Below are positions 1-11,594 of a DNA stretch of 48,207 bases, piece by piece. The notes beneath the pieces are model-generated. The model did not search any database and was not told where the DNA came from. It saw nothing but the letters and a program-made list of their open reading frames with translations. Origin of the DNA: Octopus bimaculoides (lineage: Eukaryota). Within the stretch, counting starts at the first letter, position 1; every line of letters begins with the position of its first letter. Made by a program: the position numbers and the translations under genes. The DNA is taken from positions 29,337,220-29,385,426 of the forward strand of contig NC_068987.1 in assembly GCF_001194135.2 (NCBI RefSeq), in the 5' to 3' direction.

Positions 1-42
1 ATACATACATACATACATACATGCGTCTGCGTGTGTGTATAG

Positions 43-110
43 GACAGTCTTCCTTCACTTTCCGTGTACCAAATCCACTCACAAGGCTTTGGTTAATCGG
101 ACGCTGTTGT
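43..110 (-). mobile_element. SINE family C fragment (3' part of head region, next to its microsatellite)
   Basis: ttccgtgtaccaaatccactcacaaggctttggt is similar to the family C copy at 5969-6122; it abuts the (TACA)n/(TG)n run at 1-40. Confidence 0.65.
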
Positions 111-142
111 AATTCTCCCTCGGACTGTTGTAACACCCACTA

Positions 143-305
143 TGTTATAGCTGTATAGTTAGTTAGACAAGTAAGGCCACGACTATCGATGACCCTCTAT
201 TTCGTGCTCTCTTCCTGACACTGACTTACATTATTTATAATGACTATCAAATACCACTCGTCATGTGGGAGGTGTTTACCATTATTACAAGTATCCCCGA
301 TAATA
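143..305 (-). repeat. Putative 3' LTR of the Gypsy remnant
   Basis: Starts right after the PPT with TATTAT (probably decayed TGTTAT) and ends ATAACA, i.e. short inverted termini; 163 bp. Confidence 0.6.
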
Positions 306-960
306 TCTCCCCTTTTAAGTTTTTCTTTTTATCTTAGTGAGTGTAATTTTATTTCTTTTATAAGCAATAATTCTTATATCACACCACCTCCCTTTTTTAA
401 ATTTTATTTTCCTTTTTTCATACAGTTAGACATTTAATAATTTTTTTTTTCTTTTGAAATCCACATCCAAGGACTCCGTACATATTCTTTTCTTACGCTT
501 GTGCGTCTGGGTTCAATTATTTAGAGTGGTGTCGGTACCTGAAAAGTATCACGTAACCATTCCATTGGTTCTTCCATTCTCTTGGGTTCGCTCGCAACGA
601 ATCTTTCAGTTGGTTCACGTGTCTCTTTTCTTCCTTTTACCAAGTAAAGCATTTTTCCTATGCGTTTTGGTAATCACGTCATCATCGCAATTTTGTTTTC
701 CGTTCTTATATGCCCTAACAAATACCTTTTCACCAATTTTTAAATATCTTGCTGTATTTTCCATTGTAATTTTTCTTTTCTTGCCAAGTAGCAATTTGTC
801 ATACAGGTTGACATACAGGTTGACACACAGGTGTTGCACTTCGTTTTACTTCAATTTTTGTCTTTGTTTTCGTGCAGCAGCCCATTTCATCTAAAAAAGT
901 ATCTTGAAATAAATGTTTTATTTTTCGTTTCAATTCCTCAGCCGCGTTATTTTCTCTTCA
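143..960 (-). mobile_element. Internally deleted Gypsy LTR retrotransposon remnant (pre-RT pol piece + integrase C-terminus + PPT + 3' LTR)
   Basis: Minus-strand translation gives DTFLDEMGCCTKTKTKIEVKRSATPV (post-protease linker, ~835-905) joined to YLKIGEKVFVRAYKNGKQN...MLYLVKG...RHVNQLK (integrase C-terminus, ~600-750, frameshifted). PPT aaaaggggaga at 306-316. Confidence 0.8.
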
Positions 961-2889
961 CTATATTTTTAATTTTAAAAAAAACATTTTTATCTATAAC
1001 CCAATACTTCATTATATTATTTTTTATGTATATTCATATATTTATATGTCCATACATATTTTTAATATTGATATACGTTTGTATTTTTACATGTATTAAT
1101 ATATGTATTTTTAAGATATAAATATGTACTTTTTGGACAATTTTTATCTTAAATTAAATCCGTATACATATGTGTTCATTTTAGTTTGCTTGATTTGAAC
1201 TTTCTCCATTCCACTTATTATACTTGTCTAACGCCTCAGTTTCAACTTAAGAACTTCTATGCACTCTGTATCTTTCGTAAGAAAAATATAACTGTAGACA
1301 TATACATAAATAATCCTGAGTGAAATTTTCCTAACACAATCTTACAAATCTTACTCTTAAAAATACGTAAAATATGCAGAGATACCAATGGAAATTTGTA
1401 TATGAATAGCATGTGTTAACCTTGTTACCTAGCTATTTTGGTATGTATCACATTCGTTTTTTACCACGAATCGGTATTGTCAGTGTTATGTGTCACAACT
1501 TTCCGAAATTAATCAGAGGTTGCAAATCTTCCAAACGTATGTAAAATACAAACCCAAATAATTTTTCTGTGATTTGTATAATAATTTTTTTCTGTGCAGA
1601 ACAAAGATTGCTAGTTTCTCTATCCATACTTTTGTTCGTTTTTCAGAATGGATAGAAACCCTATGTTCTTGAAAATTGAATCTTTATATTCCCTGCAGGA
1701 AATAATCTTCCCTGATTGTGCTGTATTCGTACGTCTAATAGTTTTAGTATGGCTATTTGTTTCTCTTACAAGCTCACCAAATATCAATTGTTGAAATACG
1801 CTCAACTTGCATTCACTCGCAAGCCCCGTGACAGTATCGTCTAGTGGTATATATAAAGCTTAAATCTTTATTCATCATTCTAGATGACTTTCTGAAAGCA
1901 GTTTGCTTGATAGTTACCATATTTGGGCAAAAATGCTTCTTTACACTTCTCTTATCGGGAAAACCAGCAGCTTAGAAAAATCTTGTTATGGTTCTCCTGG
2001 AAATTGTCTTCATTTGCGTAATTTTAAAATGTATTGGGAGCTGCTTCGTGTTTTATCTTGTTTTCTGAATAATTAAGAGTTTGCTTCTTACGGTAGTTCT
2101 ACGTGTGCTAGATCGAAACCCTTTCTTTTCTGTAGTATAACCTGATTACTGAAGTGTAGACCTATTATCTTTGTAGAAGACAGAGAAATGAGGATTTTCT
2201 TCATCTCCACTAGCTTATGGACTTCAGAATATGTTGCGCTACATCCGCGAGAATAACAAATTGATTTATAATATCCATATCAGCATGGAACTTTTTTTTC
2301 TTTTATTAATACAAAAGAAAGAACATGACCTAATCAAGCTAACTAGATTTTATCTAGAGCTGTTTAGATACAGCTTTTTATCTAAACGTTAAACGATGTT
2401 TTTTGTAAGCTTCCATTTAAAAGAAACTTAAAATGACTCTTCTTGACATCTTAAATACTGTATAGAAATTTATTGAAGAACAATTCAAGCCAACCTTGTT
2501 ATCCATTTTCTATTCTTTACAATTTTGATCTCTTCAAAGTTAAGGTTAAAAGATTCAAATGCGGAAATTTCCTGAGTTTGACTTTCCTTCATAAAACACT
2601 CTAGGCAAACTTGTAAAACACGTTTTACTCCAAAAGTAATGCTATTAAGAGCGTGTGAATATAGTAAAGCAGTATTTGGAGCACGTAACCTGTTTACTTT
2701 GCAATATATTCTAAACTAACGCACGAATTTACATGTACAGGTTTGGCTCGTCTTCTAGCCAAAGAACATATGTATGTGTGTATCTGAGTAAGGAAGCATC
2801 AAATATTAAAAGTAATAAAAGAAATACAAAGTCAGTGTAATTAAAGCTACAGAGGAACGAATAATAACGTTTCTGATAGATTCTTCGTT

Positions 2890-3279
2890 GTTGTTGTTGT
2901 TGGCACTCCGTCGCTTACGACGTCGAGGGTTCCAGTTGATCTGATCAACGGAACAGCCTGCTCATGAAATTAACGTGCAAGTGGCTGAGCACTCCACAGA
3001 CACGTATACCCTTAACGTAGTTCTCGGGGATATTCAGCGTGACACAGGATGTGACAAGGCTGACCCTTTGAATTACAGGTACAACAGAAACAGGAAGTAA
3101 GAGTGAGAGAAAGTTGTGGTGAAAGAGTACAGCAGGGTTCGCCACCATCCCTTGCCGGAGCCTCGTGGAGCTTTAGGTGTTTTCGCTCAATAAACACTCA
3201 CAACGCCCGGTCTGGGAATCGGAACCGCGATCCTATGACCGCGAATCCACTGCCCTAGACACTGGGCCATTGCGCCTCC
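2890..3279 (-). mobile_element. SINE family A, full length, with 12-bp TSD
   Basis: tRNA-like head (tggcccagtgtctagggc A-box-like, ggttccgattccc B-box) and (CAA)n tail. Exact direct repeat agattcttcgtt at 2878-2889 and 3280-3291. Highly similar copy at 38512-38892. Confidence 0.9.
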
Positions 3280-3639
3280 AGATTCTTCGTTAAATCAGAA
3301 TGGAAGAACATTAAAGCGATTAAATGATGAAGGAAAAACAAAGCACGATAAAGAAATATGCTTTAATGCATACAGGAATAGTTAAATAATGAAGGTACTT
3401 TTTTTCTGGCGAAGAAAACTAAAGAGGAGTAAGGAAAATAAGCATGGAAAATCTGAGAGAAAAGCCGAACTGTGTATAAAATAAGTTTGTCTTTGTGGCA
3501 AGTATGGGACAAAGGGGTTAGATCAAATGTGCAAAGAAAACAGTTGCTGCGTTTTCCGTGTAATACGTCACAGGTAGTGATGAGGCGTGTGTAAGGTAAT
3601 GGGTTGTTATATAATGGAAAATAGCATATGTGTGACTCA

Positions 3640-3770
3640 TGCTTACGTACATCTGTGTTTGAAGGAAGTGTGTCTGTGTGTTTGTGTGTGTTTGTGTGTG
3701 GTGTGCATGCATATTTATGCGTGTGTGTGTGCGTGCATGTGTATCTGTGTGTGTTTGTGTGTGTGTGTAC
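3640..3770. repeat. Degenerate (TG)n microsatellite
   Basis: Direct inspection. Confidence 0.9.
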
Positions 3771-4034
3771 AAGATTAAGTATGAATGTCTACCTGTATCG
3801 TATGAGAAGTGTGTTATGCAGACAGGTGGTTTGTGTCAAGCGATTTTGAGTTGAGCGTTAGAGTGTGGTAGGTGGCTGTGAGTGTGTTTCTTAGATGAGC
3901 GTGTTTTTTAGACTATGGCTATAGAAGGTACGTGATATAAGGAAACGCGTTCTCTCACTTCAATTGCAGGAATCAGAAACAATAGAGTCCAAGTAGCGAA
4001 TCATGCAAGTTCAGCATTTGATAAATATTAGTTA

Positions 4035-5250
4035 TATAGGGTTTGGACAAAACAATGGAAACATCTTGTTAAATAAAAGCTTACATGTATGTTATTCAGA
4101 GTTGCTCTAACTCTAGAATCTAACCTTAATACATCGAGAAATTGAATTGTACAAATTCTGAGTGGTTATTAAAGGAATATCGAAGCCTTCTTCAAGTAAA
4201 ACCTCCTTTAGCTCTTTCTGGTCCAAATGCATCGATAATGTTCGATCTGGTGATTGTGAGAGTCAATGCAAGTGATCGACTTCAATTTTCTGCTCTTTGT
4301 ACCTATTATGAATCACTTTAGTTATCTTGTCTGAATCGGCGCATTATTGCCCTAGACGTTTACGCTACCACCAGCAAACAATGTACCATAGGATGGACAT
4401 AATCATCCAAAACACTCGGATAATCATTGACTTGAACTTTGACATGAGCAGCTAAAGGGCCAAGAGAATTCCGTGATGTGGTTGCTAATATATTCAAAGA
4501 GCAACGCCTATGCTTCATGGTAAGCGTCGTTCATTGCTGAAGCATTTGGGGTGGGGAATATCTCCAGACTAAAACACGCACAGGAGTTAGGAAACGAGTG
4601 CAAAATTATTAATCGGAGATGATATAAGTATATTGAGACTAAGACGACTTCTGATAGTCTAGACAACATTTTTTCTACTTACCCAAGCTGATGAGCGACA
4701 AGACAGGTTTAGTAATAGCCACCCTCCCATTTTATCCAGGTTTATGGTTCTAAAGACGAACGGCTATGGTTGATATAGGGTTAGCAAGTTGGTAGTTTAG
4801 TTCTTCTAAAGAATTTACTGCCGCACTTCAACTATATTTAGATACAAAATATTACACTATTCTGCTGTTCCTCTCTGGGAACTTTGCCTTCTGTCAAGAA
4901 GTATATTCACCAAAACTGGTTTTACATTAATTTTGGAATGTCAACATGATCTTAGAGACTGCACCTCTAGAAACATTGAGCGTCAATGCAGTTTTGATAG
5001 TTGAATCCCCAGCCATTCGCACTCCGACAGTTTGTCTTACTACATATCACAATAGACACGCATTTTAGCTTATTTCAATATAAATAAATATGAAAAAGGA
5101 AAATAGAGAGCTATTTTATGAAGTGCAAGGTATAAATAATTCATATCAACACATATACAGACTAGAACGGATTTGAATTAGTCACATCACCGATAGAAAA
5201 CAATAGCTAAATAAAAAGTGAGGTTTCCAATATATTTTGGAATTCCTGCA
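4035..5250 (-). mobile_element. Decayed near-full-length Tc1 (DD34E) DNA transposon
   Basis: TIR-like tatagggtttggacaaaacaatggaaaca at 4035-4063 and a weak inverted match at ~5222-5250. Minus-strand fragments: VGVRMAGDSTIKTALTLNVSRGAVSK (HTH, ~4940-5030), GNNAPIQT (QDDNAPIH motif), EVDHLH*LSQSPD (WPPQSPDLN motif), LKEVLLEEGFDIPLITTQNLYNSISRCI (C-terminus). Confidence 0.85.
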
Positions 5251-5610
5251 TTTGTGTGCACATGCTTGTTCGTTTGTTCTTAACTATATATGCATATGAA
5301 TTTTTTCGTGGCATGAAACGTTGGGACATGCCAGCAGATAATTTTTAAATCATTTAGCTCATAGTTATATTCGGTAATATAGCTTGCAGCAGGCGTAGTT
5401 CGGTACGCGACATTGCAAATTCACAAGGACAGACATCGATACCTGTCGCTTTAACAATGGCCCTCATGTGAATTGTCTCGCTTGCCTATGACTTACTTTC
5501 ATGTGTTTTTAAGATCAGGCACATTGAGAACATATTCTCTTACGCCTAAACCGCGGCCGACCCGCGAACTAGCAACACGCGCATCTCGTTCATGTGTTTT
5601 CGATTTCGTT

Positions 5611-5613
<3 letters not shown>

Positions 5614-5679
<66 letters not shown>

Positions 5680-5930
5680 NNNNNNNNNNNNNNNNNNNNN
5701 NNNNNNNNNNNNNNNNNNNNNNNNNNNNNNNNNNNNNNNNNNNNNNNNNNNNNNNNNNNNNNNNNNNNNNNNNNNNNNNNNNNNNNNNNNNNNNNNNNNN
5801 NNNNNNNNNNNNNNNNNNNNNNNNNNNNNNNNNNNNNNNNNNNNNNNNNNNNNNNNNNNNNNNNNNNNNNNNNNNNNNNNNNNNNNNNNNNNNNNNNNNN
5901 NNNNNNNNNNNNNNNNNNNNNNNNNNNNNN

Positions 5931-5968
<38 letters not shown>
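5614..5968. repeat. (TG)n - N gap (5680-5930) - (AT)n microsatellite block
   Basis: Direct inspection. Confidence 0.95.
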
Positions 5969-5970
<2 letters not shown>

Positions 5971-6122
5971 GACGAGCTTCTTTCAGTTTCCACGTACCGA
6001 ATCTACTCACAAGGTTTTGGTCAGCCCGCGGCTTTAGTAGAAGACACTTGCCCAAGGTGCCACGCAGTAGGACTGAACCCAGAACCATCTGGTTGGGAAG
6101 CAACCTTCTTGCCACGCAGCCA
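5969..6122 (-). mobile_element. SINE family C head region
   Basis: Minus strand ggctgcgtggcaagaaggttgcttcccaaccagatggttctgggttcagtcc has A- and B-box-like motifs and runs into (TA)n. Confidence 0.8.
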
Positions 6123-6384
6123 CCAATAACAATGTGTCCAACAAATTGCATAATTTGTTTCACCAGAAAGTTCTTTAGGAATCATTTGGTGGGTGTGATC
6201 ATAGCTAGTCATAAACTAAAACTGTGTATAAAGACAAATTTACTAAGCTGCATAGAGCAGAAGAATGGTCATACCATCAGACGTATGGTTATGCGTAAAA
6301 GATGCGTAAGAGTTGACGAAGGCGATCTTAGTAGCGTGCTTAGACCAATTGTTACAGATAAAACTAAATGCACGCATTCATTCA

Positions 6385-6566
6385 TTCATACATACATACA
6401 TACATACATACATACATGGATGGATAGAGAGTTAGAGACAGACAGAGACAGATTGATAGAGCAAGAAAGGCAGACAGGCAGACTGACACACGGATATATA
6501 GATAGTTAGAGACAGACAGATAGATAGAGCCACACAGACAGAGACAAACAGATAGACAGATGAATG

Positions 6567-6627
<61 letters not shown>

Positions 6628-6743
6628 AAACAGATAGACAGACAAACGGATGGATGAATTAACAAATAGATACAGAAAGAGAGGGAGAGAAACAGATAGA
6701 CAGACAAACGGACGGATGGATGGACGGATGGATTGATAGAAAG

Positions 6744-6781
<38 letters not shown>

Positions 6782-6937
6782 CGAGAGAGAGAGGGAGAGA
6801 GAGACATAAACAGATAGACAGACAGATGGATGACTGGGTGGATGGATTGATAGATGGATATAGAGAGTGATGAACAGATAGATAGATAGATAGATAGATA
6901 GATAGCCAAGCAGGCAGGCAAATAATCAGATATGTAC

Positions 6938-6968
<31 letters not shown>

Positions 6969-7050
6969 TGTGCATGTGTATGTATGTATGTATGTATGTA
7001 TATATGTATGTATGCATGTATTATGTGTGCATATATGCTTGTATCTATGT
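6385..7050. repeat. Compound microsatellite (ATAC)n-(GATA/GACA/GA/GATG)n-(GTAT)n
   Basis: Direct inspection; explains the 211-aa low-complexity ORFs. Confidence 0.95.
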
Positions 7051-9312
7051 ATCGCGAAAGCCAGCACGACCTAGGTTGCCTAGAAGCCACAATCAATTTA
7101 GGTATGTTATCGTGTCTGCCATGTTTGTAGCATTTTAACGCTCACACTCACTGACATATATGTCTTTACATAGGCATTCACATTTTTTATAGGCAGTTAT
7201 TCGTGTTTTTCAACAGGAGAATTTCAAAATTGCTTTGATATATTTCATGCATCGAGTGTTGTACCTGCTAGCTTTGCTTGAAATCACCACATGGTGGATT
7301 TTATCTATTCGTTCCTATCAGATTTGTTGCATCCATTTCTAATATACTTGTGCCAAAGATATTATTACATATATATTTTACCTTCGCTACCAAGACATTA
7401 TTGTATATAAATATTTCATAACTTTTCCATTAATGTGTATTCTAAAACGTAATACTTAAAAGAATACGTAAAGATCGTTTTACTGGGTTAAGTGTTCATT
7501 CTTCGCTAGCACATTAATCTTTCATAACTTTCGGAAACCACTGTGTTGAATTCAGTATAGATACTGTATAGGTATTATGAAGTAAAGTCGATACTGAATA
7601 TAATAGAATTTGTTAGAAGACAAAAATTCTGGAAATATATGCAACAGGGTTGATATTTTCCCATGCTTTTGTGATTGCTCTTTTCGGAATGTTTCAGAAT
7701 CCTTCTAAAATTGAAAATAAGAACGGTTATGATATTAAATGCTTTTCTTTGTATGTTTTTTTAGTTTGTATTTTTTACTTATAGATTTTTTCTACATAGG
7801 GTTTAAATGAGATTGTGTTTGACGGGAAAATAGACTGTTTATATTTACAAACTAAGCAGCTATTAAAAGTACTATAGAATATACTTTAAAAATAAACGTC
7901 ATTTTCGTTATATTGTAAATAATGAATATCATGGGTGTAGAAGTTTTGTAATAAACTGAATAAATTCAATTGACGATTGTGAAAAATACGCCATGTGTCT
8001 AATCTAAATATTTTTGTATATACTGTAAAATTAAATTAGTGAGAGAAATTGTTTAAGCTAAATTGAGATACGGATATATTTTAAAGGAAGAGAATTTCGT
8101 GACATTGTCAATAATTTATTTACGCAGTAAAACAAGAAGAATTGGAGACATTAGGCTGTTGTTATAAAACACAATTTCATCGATGCTGCAAATCAATGAC
8201 AAGAATTTAACATTAGCAACTTATATCAGTTCAATATTTTAGCTAATAACATATACATGGAAAAAAACATGCATGTGGAAATATTAGAATATAAAAATAT
8301 TAAAAATAAATAAAACTGTCTTGAAACAACAACGGAAACCTTATTTCGCTTACATTGAATTAGATATATTTTAACAGCACAAACTGTCTTTACATCACAC
8401 ACGCTCCTACTAATGCACTACTGTAACGACTAAGTTGCTTATAAATATATTATCGAATTATTTTCAATGTTTCCAGTCATTCTCCTTTATAATTATATTA
8501 AAAAAATTCTTTTGTTTATTATTTTTATATTCAATAATCTGATTTGTGTTCAAAAACTTACGGACTGGAACTATTAATATATGCAATCTAAATTGGCCAA
8601 TTAGCTACGCAGTTGCTGAGCACACTGCACTACAATAAGGTGGGGAAGATTGGATATTGGCGTTTTCAGAATTCCTTTGAATATGATTCTACGCGTTGGT
8701 AAAGAGATAGAACGGCAAAATCAATCGCCGTCGGATTAATTAAGATAATTTTTTCAAAAGCTTTTGCATGTAATAATTTCCTTCACATATCCTTATTTTA
8801 TTCATTTCCTTGTATTTATCAGATCTTAACGAAAAGACGTCTCCAAATAGAAATTTGAAATGATGTTGCAATGAAGACATTATTGTAACTTTTGATAAAA
8901 ATGTAAAAGCACTTCTTTTCCTGTGCAATGAAAATCATTCATCTAAACTAGATTAATTATGTCTTATAAATAAAAGCATTTATAGAGTACAAAAGCGGAA
9001 CAAGAAAATAATCGGAAGTTTGAGTATTCTTAAACCTTATATCTAGATTATTTGCATTCAAGTCTTTATCAAATTTAATCACTAAAATTATGAACTGAAG
9101 AATTTCATATTACAGATAAATAGCAATAGAAAGTAATTGTAAGAGTGATTCACAGTCGTTATTTTCACTGGAATTTAAGCGTTGTATAAGAATAAAGAAA
9201 AAGCGATCAGAGATAGGTTTCCTATATTTTTAGGAAGTTTCGGAAGAAGTATTTATTGTATTGCTGGAGGAAAACGATATCACCATACTACTTTTATTCA
9301 TACAAGTTATTT

Positions 9313-9385
9313 CTAATTTTGGCACAGGAACGCACATTTATATGGAAGGCTGGAATCGATCGAATCTAGCCCAATATTTGAACTC
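9313..9385 (-). mobile_element. SINE family B tail fragment
   Basis: tctaattttggcacagg is the reverse complement of the family B tail seen at 10615-10635 and 11275-11295. Confidence 0.5.
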
Positions 9386-10004
9386 AAAGTGAGATATTAA
9401 GTAAATAGTAAAAAAAGAATATAAACTCTACTCGCTACTATTTCTTCTCCATCAGGATGTATTTGTCATGCATTATATACATGCATAGTGAACATTTATT
9501 TAGTCACGTACATATTAGAAGCAAGTGCAGAATTATATTTCAGACATTACGCAACTTATATAATGGGGATCATTATATATATTCAATTTTTAACTACACT
9601 AATTAATGTTTGAGCGTGTCACCCTAGTCACCAACATTTCAGAAGAACACTAATTTATGTTTGTTTTTTTGTTTTTTTAAATGGCCTAACAAGTTAATAT
9701 TACTTGTTTTCGATATCCTTCTCGCAACATAATGTCGGCAAATCACTATTGACAACATTCGCACTTAAATTATTAAATCATTACCATATTCCGTGCAAAT
9801 TACATTTTATTTCATATATCAAAGGAAAACAATGAAATTACGCAATAGAGAAATATAGGAAAATGGAATACTTTAGAGTAATGTAGTATCAAACACAGCT
9901 TTTGGTCATTACTCTTATCAAAGATACATGGTTGTTAAATGTTTTGCCAAATTTTCTACAGTTACAGAAAATCTTACTATCATCATTATTATATAAGGCA
10001 GTAC

Positions 10005-10228
10005 AAGACGGCAAGCTGGCAGAATCATTAGCATGCCGGCCAAAATGTTAGCGGCATGTCGTCCGTCTTTACGTTCTGAGTTCAAATTCCAATGAGGTCA
10101 ACTTTGCTTTTCGTCCTTTCAGGGTCGATGAAAGCAGTACCAGTGGAGCACTGAGGTCGATATAATCCGCTATCCTCCTCCCCCAATTTCAGGCCTTGTG
10201 CCTATAGTAGAAAGAATTATTATTATTT
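10005..10228 (+). mobile_element. SINE family B copy 1 of tandem triplet
   Basis: gctggcagaatc A-box-like, gagttcaaattcc B-box, tail ggccttgtgcctatagtagaaag plus (TTA)n. Confidence 0.85.
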
Positions 10229-10248
10229 TAATTATTTAAGGCGGTATT

Positions 10249-10465
10249 AGGCGGCGAGCTAGCAGAAACTTTACCACGCCGGGCAAAATGCTTTGAGCAT
10301 TTTGTCCGTCTTTACGTTCTGAGTTCAAATTCCGCCGAGGTCGACTTTACTTTTCATCCTCTCTATCGATGACAAAAGTACCAGTTGAACACTGGTGAGG
10401 AGGGGATCAATGTAATAAGCTATCCCCTCCCCTAAAATTTAAAGCCTTGTGCCTAGAATTATTTA
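10249..10465 (+). mobile_element. SINE family B copy 2 of tandem triplet
   Basis: ggcggcgagctagcagaaac...gagttcaaattccgccgaggtcgac...gccttgtgcctagaatt. Confidence 0.85.
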
Positions 10466-10650
10466 TGGCGGTGGGCTAGCAGAATCGTTACCACACCGGG
10501 CAAAATGCTTAGGGACATTTCGTCCATCATCACTTTTGGAGTTGATAAAATATGTACCAGATGAGTACTGGGGTTGATGTAATCGATTAGCCTCCTTCCC
10601 CGGACTTGCTGGCCTCGTGCCAAAATTTGAAACCAGTATCTTATTATTAG
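10466..10650 (+). mobile_element. SINE family B copy 3 of tandem triplet (B-box region deleted)
   Basis: Head and tail match copies 1 and 2, but the segment containing gagttcaaattcc is missing. Confidence 0.8.
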
Positions 10651-10797
10651 AATCAGAAAAATAACTTATAGGTCAAGATTTGTTGCTAATGCACACACCT
10701 CGAGTCGATAAAATAAAATGCAAATCAACTTCTACAATCGATGATATTCCCTCAAAATTGTTGGCCTTGGGACTAAATCAGAAAATATTATTGTTTA

Positions 10798-10833
<36 letters not shown>

Positions 10834-10866
10834 CAGCAGCAGTAGTAGTAGTAGTAGTAGTAGTAG
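10798..10866. repeat. (TAG)n microsatellite with CAG interruptions
   Basis: Direct inspection. Confidence 0.95.
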
Positions 10867-11149
10867 TTACAACATCGTCATCATGTTGCTCACATCTCTG
10901 TGTGAGTTTCTGCTGTACATTAAGATTCTGAAACTACGAACAGTTCGCAGCATTCTGTTTTTGATCATCATAAACAAGAAACAAAGCATAAATCTTGTTG
11001 TCTTCTTGGTTCCCCTCTCTCTTCCCGTGTTTTATTGCAACTTTTTATTTTTATTTTTATGATCTGAAATATTAGTCCTTTGGGTATTCCGCTAGATATC
11101 CAAATGAAGTGGACATATGCAGTTATGGTTTTTTGTTTTTATTGGCGTT

Positions 11150-11345
11150 GTTATTGTTTAGCCAGCCGGACAAAATACTAAGCGGCATTTCGTCGAACTT
11201 TACGTTCTGCTTTATATTCTGCCGATGTCAACTTTGTCTTTCATCCTTAAGAACCAGTCGAGTCAAAAACTGCTGGCCCTGTGCCAAAATTAGAATCCCT
11301 TATTATTATTATTATTATTATAAATTATTATTATTATTATTATTA
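11150..11345 (+). mobile_element. Degenerate SINE family B with (TTA)n tail
   Basis: caaaatactaagcggcatttcgtc...ggccctgtgccaaaattagaa followed by (TTA)n. Confidence 0.7.
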
Positions 11346-11594
11346 CCCTCTTCTTACAATTTTGTTTCTACCACTATCCTGGTTTCTTCCCGAGACCCAG
11401 AGCAGCAAAGAAACTCAATGTACACATTGGTATGCCATTAAAATAAATACACCAGATAATTCACTTACAAAGTCATGTGATAGAAAAAAAGATAAGAAAG
11501 AAAGCAAAAAAATAAAAGAAAGAAAAAGAAAAATAGGAAAACATGGAATAAAAGAAAACAAATAAAAGAAAGGGGTAAAAGGAAAGAAATTTCA

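Noticed and set aside
4688-4720. CTGATGA hammerhead core matches here and near 28627
   Set aside because: No stem II followed by GAAA; this one lies within Tc1 coding remnant.
5473-6509. ORFs of 127-305 aa
   Set aside because: They run through an N gap and (TG)n/(AT)n repeats; artefacts. The same applies to ORFs spanning gaps near 35.8, 40.7 and 43.1 kb.
6382-7138. 211-aa IYLS/HTYI-type ORFs
   Set aside because: Translations of a compound microsatellite.
8823-8955. Strong acceptor followed by DLNEKTSPNRNLK*CCNEDIIVTFDK...
   Set aside because: In-frame stop after 13 codons, no donor or homology.
10005-10650. Tandem repeats as a CRISPR-like or tRNA gene array
   Set aside because: Units are ~200-bp SINEs also dispersed elsewhere; no repeat-spacer structure and no complete cloverleaf.
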